A DNA stretch of 64,000 bases. Origin: Syncephalis fuscata S228. Its lineage: Eukaryota; Fungi; Zoopagomycota. The stretch lies in NCBI GenBank assembly GCA_025786725.1, contig JAHLTZ010000063.1, forward strand, positions 1 through 64,000. The letters are read 5' to 3'. Positions 53,097 to 64,000 of this stretch are shown here, piece by piece (positions within the stretch are counted from its first letter, which is position 1; each line of letters starts with the position of its first letter). The position numbers were made by a program, and so were the translations under genes. Under the pieces are notes generated by a model. That model was not told where the DNA came from, searched no databases, and was given only the letters and a program-made list of their open reading frames with translations.

Positions 53097-54150
53097 GATA
53101 ATCTATTATTGATTTAATGGAGAAATGTTGTGGTTAATAGAATTGCTGAAATAAAGAATGCTGTAAAATTGATGGATATTTATAAAGAAACTTCTTAACG
53201 TCTTTACTCCACGAGTATTGACTCCTGTTTCAAAAGTACTAAAGCAAAACATACAGCTACTTTATTTGGATATAAGGCTTTTAAAAAGATAAAAAAATAA
53301 ATTGGAATTGACTAATAAACCAATAATACTATGCTTTTAAATTGCAATATACATAACAGATGCGGGATGTAAATAGAATGTTCTAGTTTAACGGCAAACC
53401 AGTCGGACTCACTATTTTACAAACCCAGCTAAATTATGGATGTTCTTTCGGCTTTATTGCTTATAACAAGTCATATCCTATAAGCGTGGTCTTGCTAAAT
53501 AAATAACAAGTTTGCACATGGCCACACTACACTGTTTTAGATGGTTTTAATTAACAATACTAATGCATTATATACGTCATATTTAGCCCAAAATCGATAA
53601 CACTTGGTCTACTTTTCTTTTACACTCAATATATTATTTGTTAAGCCAAATGTATTTTTTTTGTCAATATACATACACACACATATATATATATATAATA
53701 AAAGTAATAAACGAAATGAACAAAACACATTAAAACATATAAATAACAGAATGCGTATAGTATATTATTTATAATATATAATAGTTTGATTATACAATGG
53801 GAATGATATGAATGAATAGTGAGTATATGTGTACTGCATAATAAATATATGATATGTATTTTGACAACTGATTCTATCCAACATCCAGTATCATGTTCGA
53901 TAGAAAGAATATCTAGTTCGATTGCGCGTATATTATTAAATAAGGTCATTTGGCACTAAGTTACATTAAATGATTAATAAGCTGCTACATATTAATCCAA
54001 TAATCATAACACAATAAAAATAAAATAAACCAAATTTAATTAATTAAAACAAAACAGATAATCACAGTATTCACAAATATAAAGAATTTAAAAAGAAGAG
54101 CGTAAATATTAGAGGAAAAGAGTAGCGTGGCCACAAGTGGGCGTTTTAAA

Positions 54151-56442
54151 TTAAACACTAACATCTAGTCCAATGCTTTTAAGCATCTTTGAGCCATGCA
54201 GACTAAGCCAGTAGTCTGCAACCAAAGACACGCGCAAGTTTTCGCGCTTTGCGTATTTGTGAAAGACCTGTCGACAATCGGGTTGGCTTTTGAATAGAGA
54301 GTGCACTAGTGTAAAGCTAGTATTGTACAACTGGCGCACTTCAAAGCCGGATGCTTTGGCATGGTTTTTTGTCTATTGTTCCATATAAACAATAGTGATT
54401 AGCCTATTGTATAATATCACCATTGCTAATAATTACTTACCCATTCTTGCTTTCCTAAAATGCCACGGGCCAGATAATAAGCACTGGCCGCAAGAGTGGA
54501 GGTGGACACTAAAAGAAACCGATGATCCAGTAGAGCTACTTCTAGTAGATATTTAGCCATAGCACGGATTTCCTTGTCCAAACTGTCAACGATCGATAGC
54601 TGACGTATAAAGTTGAGTGGGCTAGGCCAGCCAAATTCGTAGCCTAGTATGCTAGCAATGTATCGTTCGGACGATTTTAAATCTTCAACGGTAAGTGTAT
54701 TTCCACTCAACTCTGCAAATGTGCTAAATGCTGGCACACAACGTTCTTCGTACTTGCAAGCCAATATTAAACTGCCAGCACCGACTAATTGTAGTCGCTG
54801 TATTGATGCGTTCTTTTTGCTCAAAAAGCGGTCAAGAATATTAACACTAAGAAATAGTGTTTCTGGTAGCAATTCTAGCTTATGATGGACTTCAACCATC
54901 CAATCGATCAACTGTGTTCGCATATGCCATTCCAACTGTGTCTGTCGACTCATATAATTAGGATCAGGATGGTATTTTTTCTAAATAAACGTTAATCGAT
55001 TAGTTATTAGCCTGATTGTATACTTACTTCTAGCTCAAGCATGTATTTAATAATGTCCTTGGCATATTCAGCGACATACATTGGATCATCTTCAATGTCC
55101 TGTTGATTTAAAGATGGCCGCTCATTACGTGTTCTTGTTTCTGCCGCTGCTTCTTCTTCTTCTGCTGCCGCTGTTGCCTTATTATTAGTAGTAGTTGTAA
55201 TAGTTTTTCTAATTGGCCGTTGAGGCTCAGTAGTTGTAGTGGTAGTTTTTGGCGTTTTGCTTTTAGTAGCTTTTGGACTATCTGTTTCACTGGTAGCATA
55301 TCCAGCATCCGAGTGAGTTCGTGCAGCTTTATTGGTGGCATGCGACGACATTGAATCAATACTTAGCATTGATAATCGAGATGATGGACAAGGACGTGCA
55401 TTAGGTAGTAGTCCATCCTTGTAGGTAGCTATATATCCTGGCGATAGCTCTTCTTCCACTTCGTAATCAGAGTCAGGGTCTGACGAGTGGCCAGGTGGTG
55501 GAGAGGATGCCGGCGTAGTGGCCGGCTCTTTGCCTTTACTATTACTATCCGCAGCGCAATAAGGGATGACTCCATTGGCTGTACTGAATCATGTCCAGTC
55601 GATGTGGACGGGCGATGGACTTGTCGACTCACTCGAGATACATTTGGTGAAATTATCATGTTGTCGGCCGAGTCAACCGACTGATAAAGCTGCTCGTAGC
55701 ACTCTGTTTCGTTTGAGTAGTCTTTTGTTTCGCCTGCTTGTTGGCATAAGGTTTGACAATTCTAATTGGGCGAGGCACACCATTAATTGTTTCGTACGTC
55801 GTTTGAGACGTTGCTGAATTATGCGATGATAATGGCTGTTGTTGACCTTGTAATACTGCACGACTCTGAGTAGGCTTGCCAATTTTTTGAGAACGGGTAA
55901 AATCACACGACTTTTTTAGCTAATTAATAATTGTTAGTAATATGTTATTTTGTTTTCTTTATTACTTACTTCTGATTTGGGTGCCGTAAACTTGCTATCA
56001 AACTGGTGACCGTGGATATATTGGCATAAACACCGCTTTTGCTTTCAATAGCATAGCGTTTTGCAGATGGTTCAGCATCATTTTCTAAATCAGAACGCGC
56101 ACGACGTACTGCAGGTGCAAGAGTGATCGTGGTCACAGGCTGCTGCGCCTGCTTGCTTACTTGATTGCTTTCCGCTGCAGTGGCGGTATCTTTTGCTGCA
56201 CTGGACACGGCCAATGTCAATGCAGCTGCAGCAGAATCTTTAACTTCAAAACGGCCAGCGACCATTTGAGGATAAACAGCTTTACTTGAAGCTTGATCAA
56301 AACATTGATTTGACGTGTTGTCGTTCTTGTGTGCCAGACTGGCGGAGACTGGCGGAAAGCTACTGCTGGCTGGGCGGCCTTGCAATTTTCTCGTCGACGA
56401 TGGAGAGAATATGTTTAGAAAGCTAGTACTGCGACTAAACAT
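54151..56442 (-). CDS. G2/M B-type cyclin (frameshifts in N-terminal region)
   Basis: DDPMYVAEYAKDIIKYMLELE, YMSRQTQLEWHMRTQLIDWMVEVH...LPETLFLSVNILDRFLS, LQLVG...ACKYEE, PSPLNFIR, MAKYLLE, VFHKYA. Confidence 0.92.
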
Positions 56443-57450
56443 GGTGTAAACTAGATAGAAAAGCGTGTAAGCACTCTTATCTTAACCGAGCTAAAGAGGC
56501 CTCATCTGTGTTACACCATTATCGTTTTGGATAGCTGATGCCACGCGTGCAATGTGCCCATTGGTTTTCACTGAAATGAAGCTGGGAGAGAGTCCGTTTG
56601 TATTGGCACATCCACCCACCCACACAGATACACGCACACGCACACGGACACAAATTACTTTGACAGCTACGTATAGTAATCGTAGTAACAGCAGTAGCAA
56701 CAGAAGACGGGAAATAACGACAATAACGATAACAATAATAATAAGCAGTATACCAGCCACGCACATAGCCAAATATTGTTTACTGCACACGTATGTATAA
56801 AATGCCATAGCACAACCAATCAGTAAAATAAAAATAAAAACTCACCAATTCAATTGGTTATTGGTGATTAACAAAAATGACAAAACTGGTGATATTGCTG
56901 TTCTTGCAAGGTGTTGTGCGTAGTTTGTAGAGTGTTTATAGACAAAAAGAATGATATATTGCAAATAGGTGTGGTATGGTGTGATGGTGTTGAGTGAAGA
57001 CGACGCGTAGTTGAAAAGAAACGAGTGGCGTGTGCAGCGATAAAAGTGAATGAGTGTAAAAGTGTGCCCCGCGTGCAGTAAATTGGTTATATACGCATAT
57101 CTAAAATAAGCCTTTGATAATGATTGGCTGGCAAGTAAATGTATATGGACTTGTTTAAATACAAGCCATTAAAACAAAGGTGGAGTTGTAATTATTTCTT
57201 ACGCTTTTTAGTTTTTTATTTTCTTTTTATAACTCCTATTCATTGCTAAAATAGAGAAGTAGCTTATAAACTAAACAAAAAATGGATATAAATACGTTTT
57301 ACGTATATGCACAAGAATGCCAATATAGATTAACTATTACTCCCTCCAGGGTAGTAAATAATTTTACGCGATCAATTGTAATGATTTAAATAATTGACGA
57401 GTTAATTAAATGTAATTGAACATTGTGTCATAATAATATTAAACATTTAA

Positions 57451-57603
57451 ATAAAGAATGTAACATGCTATTTGATTTCATTAAACATTTGGGGATCATT
57501 ATTGTTGTTGGCCATGTGTAGAAAGGTTGATCGAATATTAATAAAGCCATATAATTGCAATTCCATATCGTTCCGCAGTTGTTATTGTTGTTACTACGTA
57601 CAG
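57451..57603. repeat. Dispersed ~150-bp direct repeat, copy 1
   Basis: Aligns by eye to 61138-61287 (ATAAAGAAyGTAACATrCTATTT...CCATGTGTAGA...ATCGAATAT...AAGCCATAT...CAATTCCAT...CTACGTACAG). Confidence 0.75.
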
Positions 57604-59177
57604 TGTGGTTTCTTGCATCTAAATGGTCTCTTCTATTTCCAACCTTCTACTGTTGCATTTTAGGCATATTTGCAATGTAAGATACTCGTCTATGATGACA
57701 AAGGAAATTACTTCCACCATATGCACTAATGATAGGTTGAGTGTCGTTACCAGGAAGATCTTGTAGTGAAAGTTGTAACCAGAAGATACGGCATGCCGTT
57801 GAGGTTACTTGAACAGGTGTTGATGTAAATAAGGAAAGTAAAGGCTAGGGATTGAATAGTGTTTTTTATTGATGTTCAGATACGCATGTTATTTATATTG
57901 TTATATTCTGCATTATCGTATAATATATTACTGAATAGAGCAATAAGGTAGCGATAAGAAAAAGGTAGTGAACTGAGTAAATAAAAATGTGGGAGTCAAA
58001 GTACATTAGAAATATTAAAGCCATTTAATACTAAGTCACTGTTATAAAACATACTGCCAATAAATTACTGAGTGTAATAGAAAATACAATAAAAGTCTAT
58101 GTTTCTTAAATACAAGCGTAGCCATAGAAGGTGTTATTATTAAATAATAAAACATTGTTACTAATTTACCTGTATAACTATGGTGTAAATTGCGCTATTT
58201 ACTAAATGTGGTAAATAACTTAATTAGCAATAATTACATCACGTGATTGTTCCCATTTCTGGTAATCGTCAGGGTCCTTACAAAGATAGTCGTGCTTTCA
58301 GCCAAGATACGACGATCATACTATTATAATTGCTTCTAATTCGTAGCAGGAAACACAGCGCCTATAAATATTTGCGATCCACGGCCCCATATTACTTATT
58401 AAAGTAACACTGGCCCCATATCGCTTGAAGAAGAAATTGAACAGACAAGCCGTTCAAGTTCTTCCTTCGCAGTATTCAAGACCATTTACTATAAAATGGC
58501 AACTATGTTTCTTAATCTTAATAAACATTATCTTATCTTGGTTTAAATTCTTTTTTTATTTTATTTGAATTTTGAACCTTTTGATCATTTCAGTCTTGCA
58601 GTGATTGCTAGACTGAACTGATCTTTTTATCTGAGCTAACAATATTCTAGTCATTTATTCTACTTCTGTAGAAATTATTAATTAAAGGTTGATAATCTTT
58701 ATTAATAAAAACAATTAAGTAAGTCTTATATAACACTAATTACTAACATTATAGGTCACTCAAGACCAAGCATAATATTAGTAATCCGTTTATTATTCTA
58801 CTCTTAGTGGAATAGTAACAACATAATTATATTTTAGAAGATGAACCAATAGACCAATAGTTTAAATGAATGAATAAATAATATTTAGTATTAAAAACTG
58901 ATTAACGGTTTTATTATTATTTAAATGAGATTATAGGTCTATTACTATAAACTTGCACAGTTGAATAGAAACAACTAAATGCAAGCTTGTCAGTAAAATA
59001 ATGATTCTATTGATTGCAGAGTGAGTAAACCGGAGCATTGGCCAAAACTTGGTATACAAATGGACTATGCGGCGTAGTTGTCAAATGGGCTTGCTTTTTA
59101 CCGAATATATACCTAAAGTGTATTGGAATAGCGGTTTGATCGCACTACCAATGCTAATGTCTTGAAATCATAGATTA

Positions 59178-59390
59178 TTAGCAATAACCCATTTGTTGAC
59201 AATCTTCGTGACACTTCCACTTTCTAATAAGACGAGTGCAAAGCTTATTAACGCATGTATCGCAGTCCGCAGCACCACGACGAATTAAATCTGATTTATC
59301 ATCCACCATAGTTGGTTTAGCATCCACAATGGCTGTAGCGGCTATCAAAGCCACAACGACGGTGCAAACGACGGCAATAGAAAGCTTCAT
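59178..59390 (-). CDS. Small secreted cysteine-rich prepropeptide (70 aa)
   Basis: MKLSIAVVCTVVVALIAATAIVDA-KPTMVDDKSDLIRR-GAADCDTCVNKLCTRLIRKWKCHEDCQQMGYC: signal peptide, dibasic site, six Cys in the predicted mature part. Confidence 0.82.
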   Translation of the reverse strand: MKLSIAVVCTVVVALIAATAIVDAKPTMVDDKSDLIRRGAADCDTCVNKLCTRLIRKWKCHEDCQQMGYC

Positions 59391-59681
59391 GGTAATATTA
59401 ATTTGTTAAGACAAACAAACAGAGCAGGCAATAGAGCGTGGTTGGTATAGAGTGAAGAGTAGTGCGTGTATAGCAAGAAGTAGAATGTAATGATGATATT
59501 GCAGTTGGTTGTGTGTATTTTGTGGGCTATTTAAACTTATGGCTTATTGAGATGCTAGTATGCTGTAGTATATGAGGTACACCATTGATGTGTGATACGA
59601 GCCAATAAAGCAATCCGGGTAATGGTTTGAGGTACGCGTGTACCAATAGATTCAGGGTGTGATAGCATGCTTCCTAGGCTT

Positions 59682-59736
59682 AATTTCAACCTGCCCAGTC
59701 TTGATTTTAACCTACCCGGTTTTTGCTTCAACCTGC
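59682..59736. repeat. Degenerate 21-bp minisatellite (about 2.6 copies)
   Basis: AATTTCAACCTGCCCAGTCTT / GATTTTAACCTACCCGGTTTT / TGCTTCAACCTGC. Confidence 0.6.
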
Positions 59737-61137
59737 TAATCATTTGCACGAGTACTGTAACAGTGTTTATAATCCAGTACATATGCGATAAAAATAGGCA
59801 TATTAGTCTGTATTTCCTATTGCACAATCTAACTATTGGCGAAAACAAATATATTGTTTGGTTTTGTAAAAATTATAATAATGTTTTTGCTGCCATTTCT
59901 ACCGATTCGGTTCTCAGTATTTGCATGCATACAAAATAACACACAACACTGATACAAAAACAAGTTTAATGCATCAAACCGGTGTTTTTATACAAGCTTT
60001 TACTGTTATACATAGGTTAGCTATATTTTAAATTATAAATGTATTGATTGGTACATGCATGCATTTCATTCGACACTATGCCCATTGTTATGGGGTAATC
60101 ATTGTTTCGAATTCACAAATGTATCACATCCAAACATATCATGCCACATGTTGTGCAATTATCATCGTTCAAATGGCGGCTAATCCAAATCATCTGAACT
60201 TGACTATACGATAAGTACTATTTGCAGGATAATGCATCGTGGCATTTTAAGCAATGGGACATTCCAACAAGTCATTTTTAGCAGTTTTTCGGCTGTAAAC
60301 CAAATCGCATCGGCTAGATTACACACAATACAATATGCAGACACTAGCTAGACACGCCAGAAAGCACTAGACACTTACCAGTAATTTCGAGTATATTGTG
60401 GCTGCAGATCACATATAAACTGATAATCGTCCAAGGCCTAACTGCTGCTTACCTTTCTGAAACTTGATTTTGACAAGTTAAATAAGATGGAATATAGAAC
60501 AACAAGCCAAAGCTGAAACCAATGGAAAAACAAACGGCAGCCCAAAGACCTACTGTTTTAACCTATAACCTATAGCAAACCATTATAGTTATGCTAAGCT
60601 AAACTGCATTTATCAAAAGCTGGCTGTTGCTGATGCAGCCAGAACAGCAGCAACGTTAAACCGAGATAACACACAGAAAACAGAGAAATGTAAATAGAAC
60701 TAAATCAATGAGTTTTGGTAGTTAAATAACTTATTATTGTCGCTATAATTATAATGCTAGTTGTTTGTACGGATAAATATTTACAATCATATTGTAATCT
60801 CTTATATGCTCACATTTACACGATCACCAATTAAGCCAACTATTGTAAGGCTTAATTTAATTATTTATCAAAGTAAGCAGCCAATGTCATACATTATTAC
60901 ATTGATAGAAAGACAAATCAATTGTATTTATTGGCCATTAATAAAAGCTGTATAGCTATATATTAAAATAAAACAAAACATTGGATTGAGCGCATAATAT
61001 TTATATGATCAAATCATTTTTACCTTGACTTACATATTTTGACCTCAAAGTAAAGCTCGTTTTAATTGAAGTCGCACTGCTATACACAACACAGTTAGAT
61101 TGCTTCCTGATAAAATGTTGGCAATAAATTGATTTAG

Positions 61138-61287
61138 ATAAAAGAACGTAACATACTATTTAATTTCTTTGAAACATTTGAGGTTTGTTGTTGACCATGT
61201 GTAGAGAGATTAATCGAATATCAATAGAAGCCATATGATCACAATTCCATGTCATTTTATATTTGTTGCTGTTGCATCTACGTACAG
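61138..61287. repeat. Dispersed ~150-bp direct repeat, copy 2
   Basis: Diverged copy of 57451-57603 in the same orientation. Confidence 0.75.
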
Positions 61288-61748
61288 CATTACTTTACAG
61301 TTATTAAAATTTATAGTTATTGTAATGTCGGACTTGGACCCAATGGCATCATAAAACGGAGTCCGAATACTTAATATAATTGTTTACAATTCCACTTTCA
61401 GATTTTATTTATTCTATTATTCATTGTTTACTAATAATATCAAGTTCGTGATAGTTAAGTGTTTATGGCTTAATTGTTACATTTGCTCTATCTAACTTCC
61501 ATATACTCCACCAATGCGACAGTTATTAAATAAAATCTTTTTTGCCGTATGTTATATTATTTATATTGAGTAAAGTAAATGATTTGTAAATGCTTTTAAT
61601 TGAATAAAATCATAGGGAATATATTAAAAATACAGAAAAAGCAGCCGTGTTAATGTATGAACTTGACCCAAAATAAACAAATGTAGTTGCCAGAGACCAT
61701 TATCTACAAGTCAATCAATCAAACAAACAAACGAACATCCAATAGCAG

Positions 61749-62119
61749 CTACAGTCCAGCGACAGCACTAAGACCTCGTGTATTGGATCTGCGAAGTAAA
61801 CGGCCTATATGATCTGCTGGATTGACAACGGTCACCTTTGAAATGTTGTTATTGCTTCCTTCAGCGAGGCTATCTTTGACGCCACGTGATGATAAGCCCG
61901 TCCCAGTCGGGAACGGGACCACCGGGAGGTGGTTGGTCGTGTTGTTGATAGCTCTCCCGTTTGACGACTGGTAAGCTGATTCTGAATAGATGGATTGTTG
62001 GTGTTGATACTGGTGTGGCTTTTGTTTTTGTTGCTGTTCGGAATGTAAATGGTTGGGAAATGAATTGTTGGAAGGCCACTGAAAGGATTGCTGGGTGTTA
62101 TTGCCGGTGTGAAACGAAT

Positions 62120-62150
<31 letters not shown>

Positions 62151-63210
62151 TGATTTATAGTCTGAAATCGTTTCTGTTGGCTGAACACGTGAGTTAAAGT
62201 TTAATGGTACATTCTCTCGTGTGTTATCAGTAGAAGTGATTTTAGATTCACCTGTGTCATAATACATATCATCGCTATTTGTGCCATGACTGGATGACAG
62301 TGCTAAATGATGACTGGTTGGATAAGAGCTGGGGGTAATTGCCTGGCTTTTGACGCTATTTTTGCTATTGGGCGAAATAGTGTTGCAAGCATTTACAGCG
62401 TGCAGTTGGGACGATTCACCGGGTATGGACGTCGATGATGCCCTTCGTGCGTATGAATGCTGAGACAATGTGGTGGCCAACATGGTGCGGTGAATAGCGT
62501 GAGTTGGCGGTAGCATTCGTATAGCTACTGAAAATAAATGCGATTCATCAACGGCCAGTGAGAAATCGAGTAAGCGTAGCATTTGACGTTCCATTAATGA
62601 AATCTCCGATGCTGGAAAGCCAATATGATGCTGATCCCAATGATTGTTATTTGGCCAGTAGTCGCTAATATACTTGCCGGCGATAACTAACGAGGCCAAA
62701 AATAGGCGATGTGCTGTACATGTTTGGCCACGCGCCTCTTTGGGCAAACGTGATCGCAAACGATCCAAGAGAACGACAACACACATCAGTGTGCCGGTGC
62801 GCACTCTAGAACATCTCGAGACAAATGCAATAAATGCCTCCAAAGGTGGAGGGGGAAGGCCGGAACGGAATGCACCAATAGAAGCGTCGATTGGCTTATT
62901 GCTGGATGCAGACGAAAGTCGATGAGAGCTATTGCGCGACCCTGACGACAAGGAATTAAGAGCAGCAGCGGGTAGCATCTCAGGAACTACGCGATTAGCA
63001 GATTCGGCCACCAGTCCTAAAGGTAAAATATATTGGTTAATACATGTTGCGATTTGGCCCATATAGTAATAGCAACTTACTAATAAGATTATCGGAAATA
63101 TCTGCAGAACACACCTCTCTCAACATTGTCGAATCAATCATGGGATTAGGCAGATTAAAGGTGTTGCCTTCGTGACCCATAGATGCTTTAGCGCTTGATC
63201 CAGGTACCAT
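61749..63210 (-). CDS. Pho85-type (Pcl1/Pcl2-like) cyclin with Q/S-rich tail
   Basis: Exon 1 from ATG 63210 (...DISDNLI), intron at about 63080-63018, then RLVAESANRVV...LPPLEAFI...SRVRTGTLM...LDRLRSRLP...CTAHRLFLASLVIAGKYISD...NNHW...ISLMERQMLRLLDFSL. Confidence 0.88.
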
Positions 63211-64000
63211 GTTGAACGAATTGGTGTAGTTAAGTAGCCAAAAGCAGCTGTACAGCTTAAAGTGTGCTTATTGATAAGCTGTCTACAAATAAAATAGTAA
63301 TAATAATTAAGGTTTAAGGTTAGTAAATTAGAAATTGAAAAAAATGATTGGCAGAAAAGACGATGAGTAACATAAACTAAGGTAAATACAGGTAAAACGT
63401 TTACGAAAATATATTAGAGTCGAGTACACAAGTAATAAATATCAATAAAGGCTCGGTTTGCTAGCTGAGCAACCTTAACGTTTACGCTAATACTAAATGA
63501 GATGATGGTTATCAAATCACTGTACGGCAATTATTAATTGATATACAGACGGTGTTACAGTCGCAATTGGCCAAAAAGGAAAGGGGAATAATAGGGAGAC
63601 ACAACAAACTGTGTTGGATTAGCCAAGTGTGTGAAGGAGACAACGCACAAGCGTCAATGTAGCCTAAAGGGGAGAACGCAAGAGCAAAACTGAAATAGAG
63701 ATAAAGAAATAGAACGAAGGAAATAAGAGGATAGAATAGTAGTATACGTGCGTTTACAATTATGTGCATATAGGAACATATGTAGTGTATATGTGTGTTC
63801 CAACAAGCAAAAGGAGATCGATCCAAGGAGAAACAGATCCTGTATACAAACAGCTTGGAAGAATATACAAACACCGTAGAAATCAAAATGCCAGAAAATC
63901 GGGGCTGAGAAAGTGTAAACGACGTGGAGTGAATGGAAATACTAAGTATGATACTTGCATGTTAAACAATCGATTAAAAACAAACGTCTATTATGATTCA

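Noticed and set aside
54151-63210. Two cyclin genes within 10 kb as a possible cluster
   Set aside because: B-type and Pcl cyclins are distantly related and separated by unrelated DNA. No evidence beyond chance proximity.
1-64000. tRNA, rRNA, snRNA, CRISPR arrays or intact transposons
   Set aside because: By eye I saw no T-loop/cloverleaf, snRNA consensus, spaced repeat array, or transposase/RT motifs. tRNAscan-SE and Infernal would be needed to exclude small RNAs.

Overview
This 64 kb window is gene-dense, AT-rich eukaryotic nuclear DNA with many short (about 40-70 nt) spliceosomal introns. The gene content (CstF-50, fused chorismate mutase-prephenate dehydratase, Mug190, Gvp36, a Pcl cyclin) points to an early-diverging fungus. 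Zoopagomycota such as the mycoparasite Syncephalis is my best guess, which is inference only. About 26 protein-coding genes can be reconstructed. Housekeeping and conserved genes: TBC Rab-GAP, RNase P Rpr2, Grx5, a C2H2 TF, Mug190-like SMP/C2 protein, a small SET protein, LETM1-like, PheA-type CM-PDT, eIF6, Gvp36 BAR, UPF0658 membrane protein, Apn2, CstF-50, MetRS, Gep4, a PPR-like protein, a B-type cyclin and a Pcl cyclin. Between them, in AT-rich gaps, lie four secreted orphans that look like an effector or antagonism toolkit: a signal-peptide pseudokinase (51.7-53.1 kb), a Kex2-processed amphipathic-repeat protein with a hydrophobic tail (4.2-4.9 kb), a 6-Cys prepropeptide (59.2-59.4 kb), and a spliced 64-aa prepropeptide ending in CNLI (30.6-30.8 kb) that the ORF track misses. 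A spliced Med28-like gene, also missed by the ORF track, sits only 182 nt downstream of GVP36. Many genes, including essential MetRS, carry single-base frameshifts that are most likely sequence consensus errors. I found no tRNA, rRNA, CRISPR array or intact transposon. Exon structures were read by eye, and family assignments rest on motif recognition without database searches.
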